A DNA stretch of 64,000 nt from Nitrospirales bacterium (GTDB lineage Bacteria > Nitrospirota > Nitrospiria > Nitrospirales > UBA8639). The stretch spans positions 736,001 to 800,000 of the forward strand of contig OY729426.1 of assembly GCA_963422365.1 (NCBI GenBank), written 5' to 3'. A program made the translations under genes and the position numbers. Below, piece after piece: positions 1 to 13,706 of this stretch (position 1 is its first letter; each line of letters starts with the position of its first letter). The notes below the pieces were generated by a model. That model was not told the origin of the DNA. It ran no database searches and saw nothing but the letters and a program-made list of their open reading frames with translations.

Positions 1-153
1 GCCAAATCAGAAGTTGCCACGTGAAAACGCCTGCCGTTTGAAGACGTTGACGGGACGGCTACAAGCGACATTCATTGAAGGATTTCTCAAGCAAGCCGTT
101 TTTTTCTTTGTGTTTTCTCGACATTTTGCTATATTTTCCTCATAGGCTGCCCC

Positions 154-426
154 ATGAGCTTTAACGCCTTGAAATACGTTGAAGAGTTAGAACAGGCAGG
201 GTTCACGGATGAACAGGCTAAAGCTCAAATTCGGGTTCTTCAAGAGGTGGTCGAATCCGACTTGGCCACCAAGCGCGATCTCCGAGAGCTTGAGCTTCGG
301 ATTACGGAACGGATGACGGCCATAGAATTGACCTTAACCAAACGGGTAGGGTTGATGATCGTCTCGACTGCCACGGTCTTGTGTGTGGGCTTGGTGGCCG
401 CCATGAAATTCTTTTCCCCTCAGTGA
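154..426 (+). CDS. DUF1640/CCDC90-like small coiled-coil protein with C-terminal TM helix
   Basis: FNALKYVEELEQAGFTDEQAKA...LATKRDL pattern; hydrophobic C-terminus. Confidence 0.75.
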   Translation: MSFNALKYVEELEQAGFTDEQAKAQIRVLQEVVESDLATKRDLRELELRITERMTAIELTLTKRVGLMIVSTATVLCVGLVAAMKFFSPQ

Positions 427-807
427 AAAATGATCGGGTGCTTGGCGGAGCGATCATCGAGTCACTCCACAAACGCCATATTTCGACGCTGCCAAGCGAA
501 CTAACGAGTCGTCCACGATGTGGAACGTCCCGGGGCCGAAGCACACGAAAAGCATGCTGGCAGTTTGTCCAATCATGTTTGTTATCCTGACGGGTACGGG
601 AATTTTTGCCCAAATGGATGCTGATAAAATGGAAAAAAGAAGCGCGAATACCTTACTGTCTACTGCGTGTATCAAACAATGTTGGAAAACCACTGGATCG
701 CTGAGTAGTATGCGGCTAGAGGGGGACAACAGAGTAAGGGGTACGAATACGACGGGAGTAATGAACTGGGTTCAGTCGCCTGGTAGAGCGAGAATAGCTG
801 GGGCAGA

Positions 808-1071
808 CCGTATCGGGTAGGGCAAAAGCAATCCAATGAACTGGGGCTGTATGACATGAGAGAGAACGTGACGGAATGGGTGCAGGATTGCTGGAATGAG
901 ATCTATGTGGGGTCACCGAGTGACGGTAGTGCCTGGGAGCAAAGGAATTGTAGCAAGGGGGTTTGGCATGGCGGCTCCTGGAACTTCGGACCGAGGTACC
1001 TCCGCTCCGCGTACCGCTACAGGGGCACCGCCGACAACCGCGGTTTCCTCGTGGCCCGGACGCTTCCTTAG
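808..1071 (+). pseudogene. C-terminal remnant of formylglycine-generating enzyme (FGE-sulfatase) domain protein
   Basis: Frame reads VGQKQSNELGLYDMRENVTEWVQDCW...HGGSW...RSAYR...GFLVARTLP, a degenerate FGE signature; upstream part is broken by stops. Confidence 0.75.
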
Positions 1072-1333
1072 GTCGTGTATTCTTACCTCTTTACCTTGGG
1101 ATGGCAGAGGGAGACGATTTCTGGTCTATGAGCAACTCACCTAGTCTGCCTGAGTTGTCTCACATGGACTGCACCTGGAAACTTCACGTTCTACAAATAC
1201 CGAACGCATCGCAATGCTACCGACACCGTTCTCTCTGCAGGTTGACACCAAGATTTTCACGTGATACCGTGCCTCGTTTTTTGCGCGAACAGCGCAAGCA
1301 CCATTTTTTTGCCTTTTTCTTCACAACTGATTC

Positions 1334-1873
1334 ATGATGAAAAATGCGATAGCACGGCGATATGCCCAGGCGTTTTTTCGCCTGTTACGCCACGAAGACA
1401 TAGTGGCTGCTCAGGACGGGTTACAGGCGCTGTCTCTAGCGGTGCAGGACTCTTCTGCGTTGAAGCATGTCCTTGCCTCGCCGGTGTTTACCGTAGAAGA
1501 AAAACTCGAAGTCCTCACGGCGTTGTGCGAACGGACAGGGTGCCCGCCGGTGATGGGACGATTCTGCGAACAATTGTTGAAAAAAAACCGAATAGGATTC
1601 TTGTCGGAAATTGCCGAGGCCTTTAGACGGTTAATGATCCGGCAAAGCGGCAAGCAACAAATTGTCGTTGTCTCGGCGAAAACGATTGACGACAACATGA
1701 AGCAGGACATTCTGGCTCAATTAGGTGCTACGGTAAAGAAAGAGGTGGAGATCGACTTTCAATCGGACCCTTCCTTGCTTTCAGGCGTACAAATACAAAT
1801 TGGGAGTAAAGTCTATGATAGTACGGTCAAGGGTCAACTCCACAAGATGCGGGCTCAATTGGTGAAGGGGTAA
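1334..1873 (+). CDS. atpH: ATP synthase F1 delta subunit
   Basis: IARRYAQA N-terminus; DPSLLSG...YDSTVKGQL C-terminus; precedes atpA. Confidence 0.93.
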   Translation: MMKNAIARRYAQAFFRLLRHEDIVAAQDGLQALSLAVQDSSALKHVLASPVFTVEEKLEVLTALCERTGCPPVMGRFCEQLLKKNRIGFLSEIAEAFRRLMIRQSGKQQIVVVSAKTIDDNMKQDILAQLGATVKKEVEIDFQSDPSLLSGVQIQIGSKVYDSTVKGQLHKMRAQLVKG

Positions 1874-1876
1874 GGC

Positions 1877-3385
1877 ATGCAGATCAAGGCAGAAGAAATC
1901 AGTTCAATTATTCAAGATAAAATTAAGGGCTTCGATCAGCGTGTTGATGTGACCGAAACCGGCTACGTCATTCAGGTAGGGGACGGCATTGCCAAAGTCT
2001 ATGGTCTCGAAGGTGCCATGGCCGGGGAATTGCTGGAATTTCCCGGGGAGGTGTTCGGTGTGGCGCTGAATCTTGAAGAAGACAGCGTTGGGGCCGTGCT
2101 GATGGGATCGGACACCGGGATTAAAGAAGGCGATCAGGTCAAACGAACAGGCCGGATTGCCGAAGTACCCGTGGGCGAGGCGCTCGTCGGACGGGTGGTC
2201 GATGCGATGGGACAACCTCTTGACGGAAAAGGTCCGATTCAAGTGACAGAGACTCGGTTGATTGAAGTTCGTGCCCCTGGCGTGGTGGAGCGTCAATCCG
2301 TCAGTGAGCCATTGCAGACGGGATTCAAAGCCATTGACGCCATGATCCCTATTGGCCGCGGGCAACGAGAGTTAATCATCGGCGATCGGCAAACCGGAAA
2401 GACGGCTATCGCCGTCGATACCATCATTAACCAAAAGGGGCTCGATGTCTTTTGCATCTACGTCGCGATCGGCCAGAAGCGGTCAACGGTTGCTCGTGTC
2501 GTGAAAACGTTCGAAGACCATGGTGCCATGGGCTACACCACCGTCGTGTCAGCCACGGCCAGTGATGCGGCTCCTCTCCAGTTTTTTGCGCCCTATGCCG
2601 GGGTGTCGATGGGTGAATATTTTCGTGACAATGGAAAGCATGCCCTCATTATCTATGACGATCTTTCCAAGCATGCCGTGGCGTATCGACAATTATCCTT
2701 GTTGCTCCGTCGGCCACCGGGTCGCGAGGCGTTTCCCGGTGACGTCTTCTTCCTGCACTCTCGGTTGCTGGAGCGTGCCGCTAAATTGAGTGACGAGCAG
2801 GGAGCAGGGAGCCTGACCGCCCTGCCCATTATTGAAACGCAAGCCGGCGACGTGTCGGCCTATATTCCCACCAATGTGATTTCAATTACCGACGGACAAA
2901 TTTACCTGGCCAGTGACTTGTTTTATTCAGGGATTCGTCCAGCCATTAACGTGGGGTTGTCGGTTTCCCGCGTGGGTGGGGCGGCCCAAATCAAAACCAT
3001 GAAACAGGTCGCCGGGACGCTTCGACTCGATTTAGCCCAATATCGAGAAATGGCCGCGTTTGCGCAGTTTGGCAGCGAATTGGATAAAACAACGCAGGCC
3101 CAGTTGGCTCGAGGAGCGCGAATGGTCGAACTGCTCAAACAGGAACAGTACAAACCCATGCCGGTGGCGGATCAGGTGTTGTCGATTTTTGCCGGGGTCA
3201 ATGGGTTTGTCGATGATGTGCCCGTGCAGAAGGTTCGTGCCTTTGAAGAGGGCCTCTTGACGTACATCAAAGCACAGCATCCTCAACTGCGGGAAGACGT
3301 CGTCGGCAAAAAGAAGATCGACGACGAGTTCGGCGGACAACTCAAGCAGGTCATTTCCGACTATAAAAAGACGAAACAATACTGA
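1877..3385 (+). CDS. atpA: ATP synthase F1 alpha subunit
   Basis: GDRQTGKT Walker [15 protein letters not shown]. Confidence 0.99.
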   Translation: MQIKAEEISSIIQDKIKGFDQRVDVTETGYVIQVGDGIAKVYGLEGAMAGELLEFPGEVFGVALNLEEDSVGAVLMGSDTGIKEGDQVKRTGRIAEVPVGEALVGRVVDAMGQPLDGKGPIQVTETRLIEVRAPGVVERQSVSEPLQTGFKAIDAMIPIGRGQRELIIGDRQTGKTAIAVDTIINQKGLDVFCIYVAIGQKRSTVARVVKTFEDHGAMGYTTVVSATASDAAPLQFFAPYAGVSMGEYFRDNGKHALIIYDDLSKHAVAYRQLSLLLRRPPGREAFPGDVFFLHSRLLERAAKLSDEQGAGSLTALPIIETQAGDVSAYIPTNVISITDGQIYLASDLFYSGIRPAINVGLSVSRVGGAAQIKTMKQVAGTLRLDLAQYREMAAFAQFGSELDKTTQAQLARGARMVELLKQEQYKPMPVADQVLSIFAGVNGFVDDVPVQKVRAFEEGLLTYIKAQHPQLREDVVGKKKIDDEFGGQLKQVISDYKKTKQY

Positions 3386-3408
3386 TCGAATCATCGCGAT
3401 AAGTCTCT

Positions 3409-5761
<2,353 letters not shown>

Positions 5762-5762
<1 letters not shown>

Positions 5763-6208
5763 TGGCGGCCACAAGCACAACCGTCCCCTCAGGAAAACTC
5801 CTGTTGGAAGTGGTCACACCCGATACACTCTTGGTGAGTGAATACGTGGATCAAGTTTCTGCACCAGGAACAGAAGGAGACTTTGGGGTCTTGCCGGGCC
5901 ATTGTCATTTTCTGACGACGCTTCGGATTGGCGAACTTCACTATAGAATAGGCGAAACCGTTCAGTATCTGTCGGTGTTATGGGGGTTTGCCGATGTGAC
6001 GCCCCAGCGGGTCACCATCCTTGCAGAGATTGCCGAGAAGGCAGAGGATATTGATGTTGAACACGCTCAAGCCGCCGTGGCCCAAGCCGAAGAACAGCTT
6101 GAGCGTGGCGGACTTCCGTCGGAAGTCGAAAAGGCCAAGGTGAGTTTGGAAAAAGCGCGACTTCGCCAAAAAGTGGCCGAACGGCTTCAGAAGCAAGGGC
6201 GCGCCTAA
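5762..6208 (+). CDS. atpC: ATP synthase F1 epsilon subunit
   Basis: LEVVTPD; PGTEGDFGVLPGH; follows atpD. Confidence 0.97.
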
Positions 6209-6236
6209 CCGAAGTCCATCCTTCCTGTATGCTTCC

Positions 6237-7193
6237 ATGCCGCACGTTGAAACGCGGACGGAGATTATCGTTTCACCGGGAGAAGGTCCTAAACGCTTGG
6301 ACCATTTTTTGGCCAACCGTGATCCGGATTTCTCTCGAACGATCCTCCAGCGATTAATCCTCGACGGCCATATCACAGTTGACGGTCAGATCACCAAGCC
6401 CAGTCACACAATACAACCCGGTGACGTCATTGTGCTCATGGTCCCCAGGGCCGAGCCTCTGACCATCAAGCCCGAGCCTATTCCCCTTGAAATTCTCTAT
6501 GAAGATGACGCCGTGTTAGTCTTGAATAAACACGCCGGCCTCGTGGTTCATCCAGCCCCCGGCAATTGGTCGGGAACCCTGGTCAATGCCCTGTTGCACC
6601 ATTTCAAAACCGAGACGGGATCGCTCTCCAACATTGGAGGAAAAGAACGGCCGGGGATGGTGCACCGATTGGATAAAAACACCACGGGCCTTATGGTCGT
6701 GGCCAAACACAATCAGGCTCATGCGCACTTGGTTAACCAGTTTAAGCGCCATACCATTAACAGAGCCTATGAAGCGCTAATCTGGGGGGGTGCGAAAAAA
6801 CCCGAAGGAGTGATAGACTTAGCAATCGGGAGAGATACCAAAGACCGGAAAAAATTTTCCGCTCGGACGGCCCGTCCCAAGGCTTCAGCAACGAAATATC
6901 GCGTGACAGAACGGTTTGAAAAGCTGGCGGCCTGTGTCGAGTTATTTCCTCAAACCGGTCGGACCCATCAACTTCGTGTGCATTTGTCGGCGATCGGGTG
7001 TCCCATCTTAGGAGACCCGACGTATGGAGGAAAGAAGGTGAGCGCGATCCACGACATCATCATCCCTCGCGTCATGCTTCATGCTAAAGTGCTCGGATTT
7101 CTCCATCCAAACTCGCAACAGACCATGAATTTTATCGCTCCCATGCCGACCGATATGGCAGAAATTGTGAGCCAATTACGAGACCGGATGTAG
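6237..7193 (+). CDS. rluD: RluA-family 23S rRNA pseudouridine synthase with S4 domain
   Basis: RLDHFL S4 domain; HRLDKNTTGL catalytic motif; TGRTHQLRVH. Confidence 0.92.
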   Translation: MPHVETRTEIIVSPGEGPKRLDHFLANRDPDFSRTILQRLILDGHITVDGQITKPSHTIQPGDVIVLMVPRAEPLTIKPEPIPLEILYEDDAVLVLNKHAGLVVHPAPGNWSGTLVNALLHHFKTETGSLSNIGGKERPGMVHRLDKNTTGLMVVAKHNQAHAHLVNQFKRHTINRAYEALIWGGAKKPEGVIDLAIGRDTKDRKKFSARTARPKASATKYRVTERFEKLAACVELFPQTGRTHQLRVHLSAIGCPILGDPTYGGKKVSAIHDIIIPRVMLHAKVLGFLHPNSQQTMNFIAPMPTDMAEIVSQLRDRM

Positions 7194-7205
7194 CGACGGC
7201 ATCTC

Positions 7206-7691
7206 ATGCCGCCCCCAACGAGAAAACAGACAGGCAAGGTGACGATGGGTCTGACTCCACGAAAAGAACTGGTAGCCACTCAAGTGCTGGATACCTTTGG
7301 AGAATTGATAGCGGCGTTGGCCGCGTTGGCCGCGCAAGTACCGGCAAAGTCGTTCATGGCGATTCCCGGAGGGATCCGTCCCACTGAAGAAGCCCTCGAC
7401 AAATATGAAATGGTCGTCTACCGGTTTCGAGATCAAGCGGGGTCACCGTATCGGATCCTCTATAGCTTTTTCATGGATTCGGTCGAAGCCTTTGAAGCCG
7501 GGCGAATCTTTGATGCCGTGCCGCCCCTGCTTCAGGCGATAGAGCGGTTGGTAGATCTCCACAAAGCAGAAAAAGTCTGTTTCAGTTTCACAGAGCAGGA
7601 GCGCATTCGCGAGTTTCAACAACGCCTGGAAAAAATTCTTCCGGAAGCGAGCAAGCCGGAAGTGGATCTTCCCACCCCGGAGACCTATTAA
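7206..7691 (+). CDS. hypothetical protein
   Basis: 161-aa ORF 12 bp downstream of rluD; no motif recognised. Confidence 0.7.
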   Translation: MPPPTRKQTGKVTMGLTPRKELVATQVLDTFGELIAALAALAAQVPAKSFMAIPGGIRPTEEALDKYEMVVYRFRDQAGSPYRILYSFFMDSVEAFEAGRIFDAVPPLLQAIERLVDLHKAEKVCFSFTEQERIREFQQRLEKILPEASKPEVDLPTPETY

Positions 7692-7752
7692 GTCCTGGGG
7701 GCCTGAAGCGGTGTTGCGAGATTCGCAATGGACACGGGGCGAGAAGCCCAGG

Positions 7753-9249
7753 CTAGTTGACACGGCGGGGGATTTTGGGATCAGGGAGTCCGGCTCTGGT
7801 TTTAGCCATTGGTTTTTTCAGGCCCATCCTTTGTATCCGTGTCGTCAAGGTTGTTGGGGGGATGCCAAGTAACGCTGCGGCTCCAGTTTCTCCGAAAATT
7901 TTCCAGTTCGCACTCTGTAAGGCATTGAGAATGTTTTCGCGTTCAAATTGTTTGATGTCATCAAACGTGAGAACGGTGCCAGAGGCATGAACGAATTGAT
8001 TTTGCGGCAAGACGTTTCTATTTTGGGGGCTTTGGGGTAAATCGAACACTAACCTGTTGGCCCGTGCAATAATAACGGCACGCTCAATCACATGTTGCAG
8101 TTCTCTAATATTACCAGGCCAGTCATAATGCCCAAGCGTGAGTAAATTTGCCTTGGATAAATGAATCCCCGTCCGATTGAATTTTTCTTGCGCAAGTTTA
8201 AAGAAATGACTAGCTAATGCAGGGATATCTTCTTTTCTTTCTCTTAATGGCGGTATTTCTAAAGGAAAAACATTTAAACGATAAAAAAGATCTTCCCGAA
8301 ACTTTCCACTTTCCACCTCATTTTTTAAGTGACGATTGGTTGCCCCTATCACGCGAACATCCGATTGTATCGTTTTGTCATCTCCTACACGTTCGAAAGT
8401 GCCTTCCTGAAGGACTCGCAGTAATTTACTTTGCAGGTCCAACGGAATTTCTCCGACTTCATCCAAAAAAAGCGTGCCTCCATTGGCCAATGCAAACCGT
8501 CCCCTCCGATCCTTGAAGGCGCCCGTAAATGCTCCTTTCACGTGACCAAAGAACTCACTTTCATATAATTCCCTTGGAATCGAAGCGCAGTTGACTCGAA
8601 TCAACGGTCGTGAAGCGCGAGGGCTCCGTTTGTGAATTGCATGTACGAGGAGTTCCTTGCCTGTTCCGGATTCTCCAGTAATCAGGATATTTGCGTCGGT
8701 GGGAGCAACTAATTCGATTTGTTTCAAGATATTTTGTAGTGATAAACTGTTCCCGATGATGTTGCCAAACGCGTGGAGTTCCATCACTTCTTCATGCAGA
8801 TACTCGTTCTCAAGTTCTAACTGTTCGCGTAATCGATTGATTTCTTCAAACGCGTTGGCTTGTTCCTCTTCAAATTTCTTCCGGCTGGTGATGTCTCGGA
8901 TAAACGCGACCGCGTACTCTCGCTTATCACATTCCAAATAATTGACGGTGATGTCTACAGGAATCACTGTGCCACCTCTGGAACGATGACGGGCTTCGAA
9001 TGTCAGCGTTTTAGCTTGTTTGAGTTCCGTCCAAAATGTTTGCCAAGTCTTTTTACTGGAATCAGGATTAATGTCCTGAATCGTCAGACCGATTAATTCT
9101 GTTTCCGAATAATCGAGAAGTCTGCAAGCCGCTGTATTTGCATTTAAAATCACCCCCTGACAATCGTGAAAAATGATGGCATCACCAGAATGTTCAATAG
9201 TGAATTCAGCCAGTTCTAACGTTTGGTCCTTATTGAATTTTTCCCCCAT
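7753..9249 (-). CDS. PAS-domain sigma-54-dependent transcriptional activator
   Basis: N-terminal [34 protein letters not shown]-terminal HTH; start placed at ATG 9249. Confidence 0.95.
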   Translation of the reverse strand: MGEKFNKDQTLELAEFTIEHSGDAIIFHDCQGVILNANTAACRLLDYSETELIGLTIQDINPDSSKKTWQTFWTELKQAKTLTFEARHRSRGGTVIPVDITVNYLECDKREYAVAFIRDITSRKKFEEEQANAFEEINRLREQLELENEYLHEEVMELHAFGNIIGNSLSLQNILKQIELVAPTDANILITGESGTGKELLVHAIHKRSPRASRPLIRVNCASIPRELYESEFFGHVKGAFTGAFKDRRGRFALANGGTLFLDEVGEIPLDLQSKLLRVLQEGTFERVGDDKTIQSDVRVIGATNRHLKNEVESGKFREDLFYRLNVFPLEIPPLRERKEDIPALASHFFKLAQEKFNRTGIHLSKANLLTLGHYDWPGNIRELQHVIERAVIIARANRLVFDLPQSPQNRNVLPQNQFVHASGTVLTFDDIKQFERENILNALQSANWKIFGETGAAALLGIPPTTLTTRIQRMGLKKPMAKTRAGLPDPKIPRRVN

Positions 9250-9310
9250 CGTGAGTCTCCCGATTTTTAAAAGCCACCACAAAGCAACTCCCGCCACAAA
9301 AACATACGAG

Positions 9311-9357
9311 TTTGAGTAGATTGTCTACTTAAAATATTAATATACCAATTTGAGTAG
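9311..9357. promoter_or_regulatory. candidate upstream activator site for the sigma-54 activator
   Basis: Inverted repeat TTTGAGTAGA-ttg-TCTACTTAAA (1 mismatch) plus half-site TTTGAGTAG at 9349, 70-115 bp upstream of the -24/-12 promoter. Confidence 0.55.
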
Positions 9358-9424
9358 TAGCTTCAATGGAAAGGGGGTCACAAAAAACATATATTCCATA
9401 AGAGGTGATGCAACGCAAACGTTA

Positions 9425-9441
9425 TTGGCACAGTCTATGCT
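9425..9441 (+). promoter_or_regulatory. sigma-54 (-24/-12) promoter
   Basis: TTGGCACAGTCTATGCT with GG-N10-GC spacing, upstream of the pirin gene and divergent from a sigma-54 activator. Confidence 0.85.
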
Positions 9442-9488
9442 TCTGATAAGGAGGACAGCCACATTCAAGAATTGAAAGGAAAGCGCCA

Positions 9489-10289
9489 ATGGACCAGATA
9501 GAGAAATCCCTGGGCGTCACCATTTACCCGCCAGAAGTCCAAGGGACCGGAGAGTTTGATGGAGGGAGAATCATCGAAACCAAGCCCCTTGGTTTTCCTG
9601 GAGAAGGTCCCAGTGTTCCCCATACGGGCCCCTTGGTTTACTGGGCCTGGGCGACTGCCAAGGGGTACGGGAAAATTGGGCTCCATCCTCATCGGGGCGT
9701 TGAAATCATGAGTTATGCCCTCGAAGGGGAAATCGGCCATTACGATACGATGGGAAATCGAAGCCGAGTGAGAGCCGGAGGAGCTCAGGTGATGCAGACG
9801 GGTTCAGGGGTCTCTCATGAAGAAGAAACGGTCAGCGATCACAATGAATTTTTTCAAATCTGGTTCGAACCGAACCTGAAGAAAACCGTACACCAGACAC
9901 CGACGTATGCCGAGTTTCACCATGAAACCTTTCCCACAGAGATTCGTAACGGGGTGACCCTGAAACACGTCATTGGTAACGGTGCGCCGATATCGATCGT
10001 GGCGGAGGTGGTGATGCAGGATATTCTCATTCCATTGAACCATCGTTACCCGCGCGAACTTTCCGAAAACCGCACGTTGGCCATGGTGGTCATCAATGGG
10101 AAAGGAAAGCTGATAGCTGAAGCCTATTCAGAAAACCATGATCTCGAGCCAGGAGATTTTGCGGTCGTTCATGCCGGCAATAACGAGTCGATCTCCATTC
10201 AAGCGTGGGAAGACGCTCCTCTTCGTCTCGCCATGATCGAGGTCCCGGCCGAGGTGGATTACCCGTTATCGAGGGAAGAATGGCGTTGA
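9489..10289 (+). CDS. pirin family protein
   Basis: LHPHRGVEIMSY; HYDTMGN; MQTGSGVSHEE; FQIW. Confidence 0.92.
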   Translation: MDQIEKSLGVTIYPPEVQGTGEFDGGRIIETKPLGFPGEGPSVPHTGPLVYWAWATAKGYGKIGLHPHRGVEIMSYALEGEIGHYDTMGNRSRVRAGGAQVMQTGSGVSHEEETVSDHNEFFQIWFEPNLKKTVHQTPTYAEFHHETFPTEIRNGVTLKHVIGNGAPISIVAEVVMQDILIPLNHRYPRELSENRTLAMVVINGKGKLIAEAYSENHDLEPGDFAVVHAGNNESISIQAWEDAPLRLAMIEVPAEVDYPLSREEWR

Positions 10290-10361
10290 GCTGTTTTTTA
10301 TCTGGCAGAATGTTGAAAAAGTCCGCAGAGCGTTTTCACCGTTAACCACCGGAGGAATCCT

Positions 10362-11375
10362 ATGATGAACAAAAGAAACTTCAACCCAAAAGAATTGGGC
10401 GTTCGCAGGTTCACGATACCGTTCACGTGTTCTCTGTTGCTGTTGAGCGGGGTTGTGACTACGGTGGGGGCCGAGGTGATTTGGAACCCTGCACGTGTCG
10501 TTCTAGAACGGCAGCAAGTCGGCCAGGGTGTGTATGCCCTGATTCCTCAAGGGGCTGCTGAAGCCAATGAAAAGGGATATCCCGTCGCGACCTCTGGAGG
10601 GTTTGTGGTCGGAGAACACGGCGTATTGGTCATTGAATCGATGATCAATAAGGCGTTGGCACACCAAGTCATGGATTTAGTCAAACACGTGACGCAGAAA
10701 CCGATTCGCTATGTCGTGAACACGAGCTATCACGGAGATCATAGTTACGGGAATTATGCCTTCCCTTCCGATGTCACGATTATTCATCACCCGCAAACGA
10801 AGGCCTACATCGGAAACCCGGAAATTTTCAAGGCGGACAAGGCCTTTATGATTCAATACTTCGGAACCAACGTTGGTATTGAAGAAGTGATCGGACGCAC
10901 GGCAGATATGGTAGTCGATGACCACGTGACCATTGATCTGGGAAAGAAGGAAGTGCAAATCATGCACTGGGGGTTTGCCCAAACTCCCGGAGACCTGTTT
11001 GTGTGGGTGCCGGACGAACACGTGTTTTGGACGGGCAATCCACTCGTGGGCCCTCCTCCGGCACTTCCCTGGCTCTTAGAGGGAGGACATCGCGAGTCCT
11101 TAGCCACGATGAAGAAAGTCCGAGCGTTTTTGCCTCCGGACACGACCGTTGTTCCTGGTCATGGAAGACCCATGAAACCCGAGGAAATTGATTTCACTAT
11201 TCAATACTTGGAAACATTGGACCATAAAGTTCACACAGCCATAGCCAGCGGATTATCGCTTGAGCAGACACAACACTCTCTTTCCATGCCCGCGTTTAAG
11301 GGCTATGCGCTCTGGGATTGGGTTCATACGGGCCTCAATATCTCCGCTGTGTATAAGGCCCTCTCAGCGCAATAA
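10362..11375 (+). CDS. secreted MBL-fold metallo-hydrolase
   Basis: Signal-like N-terminus; variant motif NTSYHGDHSYGN; VVPGHG. Confidence 0.85.
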   Translation: MMNKRNFNPKELGVRRFTIPFTCSLLLLSGVVTTVGAEVIWNPARVVLERQQVGQGVYALIPQGAAEANEKGYPVATSGGFVVGEHGVLVIESMINKALAHQVMDLVKHVTQKPIRYVVNTSYHGDHSYGNYAFPSDVTIIHHPQTKAYIGNPEIFKADKAFMIQYFGTNVGIEEVIGRTADMVVDDHVTIDLGKKEVQIMHWGFAQTPGDLFVWVPDEHVFWTGNPLVGPPPALPWLLEGGHRESLATMKKVRAFLPPDTTVVPGHGRPMKPEEIDFTIQYLETLDHKVHTAIASGLSLEQTQHSLSMPAFKGYALWDWVHTGLNISAVYKALSAQ

Positions 11376-11472
11376 CGAGCATGCGGTCGATCGACTTTCT
11401 ATCGCCCGTTTACGAAAGAAGTCCGAAAAAAGACCGTTGTCACAACTGGTTTCTCAACGGAAGGAAAAATCG

Positions 11473-13439
11473 ATGGCCGCTTCAATACCTCAAGAAGGTG
11501 TTTGCATGTCGGGAATATTCGGACTCAATATTTCACGCACACACGGAACGGTGGATTCTCAATCACAGACAAACCAAGACGCACCCGTGCGAGGGCATGA
11601 ACCCCATGCACGATGGGTGTGGAGCATGCTTGTTGTGACGGTGTGTGCCATGAGTCCCGCCTGGAGCATACTTCAGGTATCCGATTCGTATGCTCACGAG
11701 ATTCAATCGAAAACCGACCAAGGGATCTCGTTAATTATCCACAATAGCCACATCACGACTTTGGATGATGCCCACCCATCAGCCACCGCTGTGGCAATTC
11801 AAAATGGTCGATTTGCTAAAGTCGGAACGGATGAGGAAATCCTGGCAATGCGTGGGGAACCCACTCAAGTCATCAATGCGCATGGCCGGCGGATGATCCC
11901 AGGGCTGAACGACTCCCATTCTCATTATATTCGTGGGGGCCTAGCGTTTAATGCGATTCTTCGTTGGGATGGCGTCCCCACAGTAGCCGATGGGTTGGAG
12001 ATGATTCGCCAGCAGGCTCTTCGGACTCCGCAAGGACAATGGATCCGCATAATCGGCGGATGGACTCCTCACCAATTTCAAGAAAAACGATTGCCCACGC
12101 CAGAAGAACTCACCAAAGCGGCCCCCCACACGCCCGTCTATGTGCAATATTTTTACAGTCGTGGCGTCGTGAATAAAGCGGGCCTTAACGCGATCGGATT
12201 TGATGAACACACCAAAACCCCCGAAGGGTCGCGTTTGGAATTGGGCACAGATGGCAAGCCCACTGGACTGTTGATCGCCGATCCTCACCCTGCCTTGCTG
12301 TATACATCCATTGCCAGTCTGCCGGCGCTCTCATCCGATGAACAGATCAATTCCACGATTCAGCTTTTTTACCAACTAGCCCGTTTCGGGTTGACCAGCG
12401 TCATCGATGTGGGAGGCGGGGGCCAGCATTATCCCAAGCATTACAAAATCGCTGAGCAACTCGCTACGCAAGCCAAGTTTCCCTTGCGTGTTTCCTCTTT
12501 CCTTTTTGCGCAAACTCCGGGGAACGAATATTCCGATTTCCAAGAGTGGGTCAACATGGTTTCACCGAATACGAACACCGATCCCTTGCGCAAGGACGGG
12601 TATGTCATCGAGGGCGGCGGTGAGTATTTGGTGTGGGATGCAGCGGATTTTGAAAATTTTATGTCGCCGCGCCCGGAACTCAATCCCGATATGGCTCAGA
12701 ATTTAGACAAGGTGGTCATGCTGTTCGTCAAGAACCGATGGCCTTTTCGGTTACATGTCACCGATGACGAATCCATTTCCAAAATTTTGGATGTCTTGGA
12801 GAAGGTCAATAAGAAAACGTCTTTTCATGGACTTCGGTGGTCAATCGAACACGCAGAAACCCTGAAAGAGCCGAATATTGATCGAATCCTCGCCCTCGGT
12901 GGAGGCGTGGCTATTCAAGATCGAATGGTCTTTTTAGGCGACGATTTTCTGAAGCGGTATGGAGCGGAAGCGGCTTCTCACACCCCCCGATTCGAATGCT
13001 CTTGGACAAAGGCGTGCCCGTTGGCATGGGCACTGATGGCACCCGTGGGTCGAGCTTTAATCCGTGGGTTGGTCTGCATTGGTTAGTGACTGGGGAAACC
13101 GCCGGTGGAGCCCGGCTGTATGGGCCAGGCAATCTTCTCACGCGAGAGGAAGCGTTACGCCTGTATACCATTGGCAGCGCCTGGTTCTCCCATGAAGAGA
13201 ATGTCAAAGGCCGGATCGCGCCAGGCCAGTACGCTGATTTCGCCGTTTTATCGGCTGATTATATGAAGGTTCCCGTAGAAGATATTAAAAAAATTGAATC
13301 GGTCTTAACGGTCGTTGATGGGAAAATTGTGTATAGAGCACAAGACTATGCACCACTGATGCCTGCACTCCCTCCGATACAACCAGACTGGTCACCCGTG
13401 AACTATTTTGGGAGTTATTGGAAGAAAAAAAGTCATTAA
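11473..13439 (+). pseudogene. amidohydrolase-3 family protein, frameshifted near 12983-12988
   Basis: IPGLNDSHSH; RLH; SIEHAE; C-terminal GTDG...GRIAPGQYADFAVLS lies in another frame; adding one C to the C6 run restores SHTPPIRMLLDKG. Confidence 0.85.
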
Positions 13440-13492
13440 CGTTCAAGAGTACGCTAACCATGGGTTGAACAAATTTTTTAGGACGCCTCACG

Positions 13493-13701
13493 ATGAATGT
13501 AGAGTATGAAGAAAAAAACGTTTCAATTGCATGTGCCCCAAATGGGCCGCTTGTTGTCAACAATCTGACCTCTTTGAAAAAGTCACAAGGTCAATTGCAG
13601 GCAAAGACGTCATGACCTTGTGCCGCTGTGGGCAATCGAAAACCAGTCCTTTTTGTGATGGCACCCATCGCCCCGTCGATTTTCATGACGCGAAAACTTA
13701 A
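13493..13701 (+). pseudogene. CDGSH iron-sulfur domain protein, frameshifted (absent from ORF track)
   Basis: 13493 frame gives MNVEYEEKNVSIACAPNGPLVV...; 13612 frame gives MTLCRCGQSKTSPFCDGTH, the CDGSH motif. Confidence 0.8.
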
Positions 13702-13706
13702 GAAGT

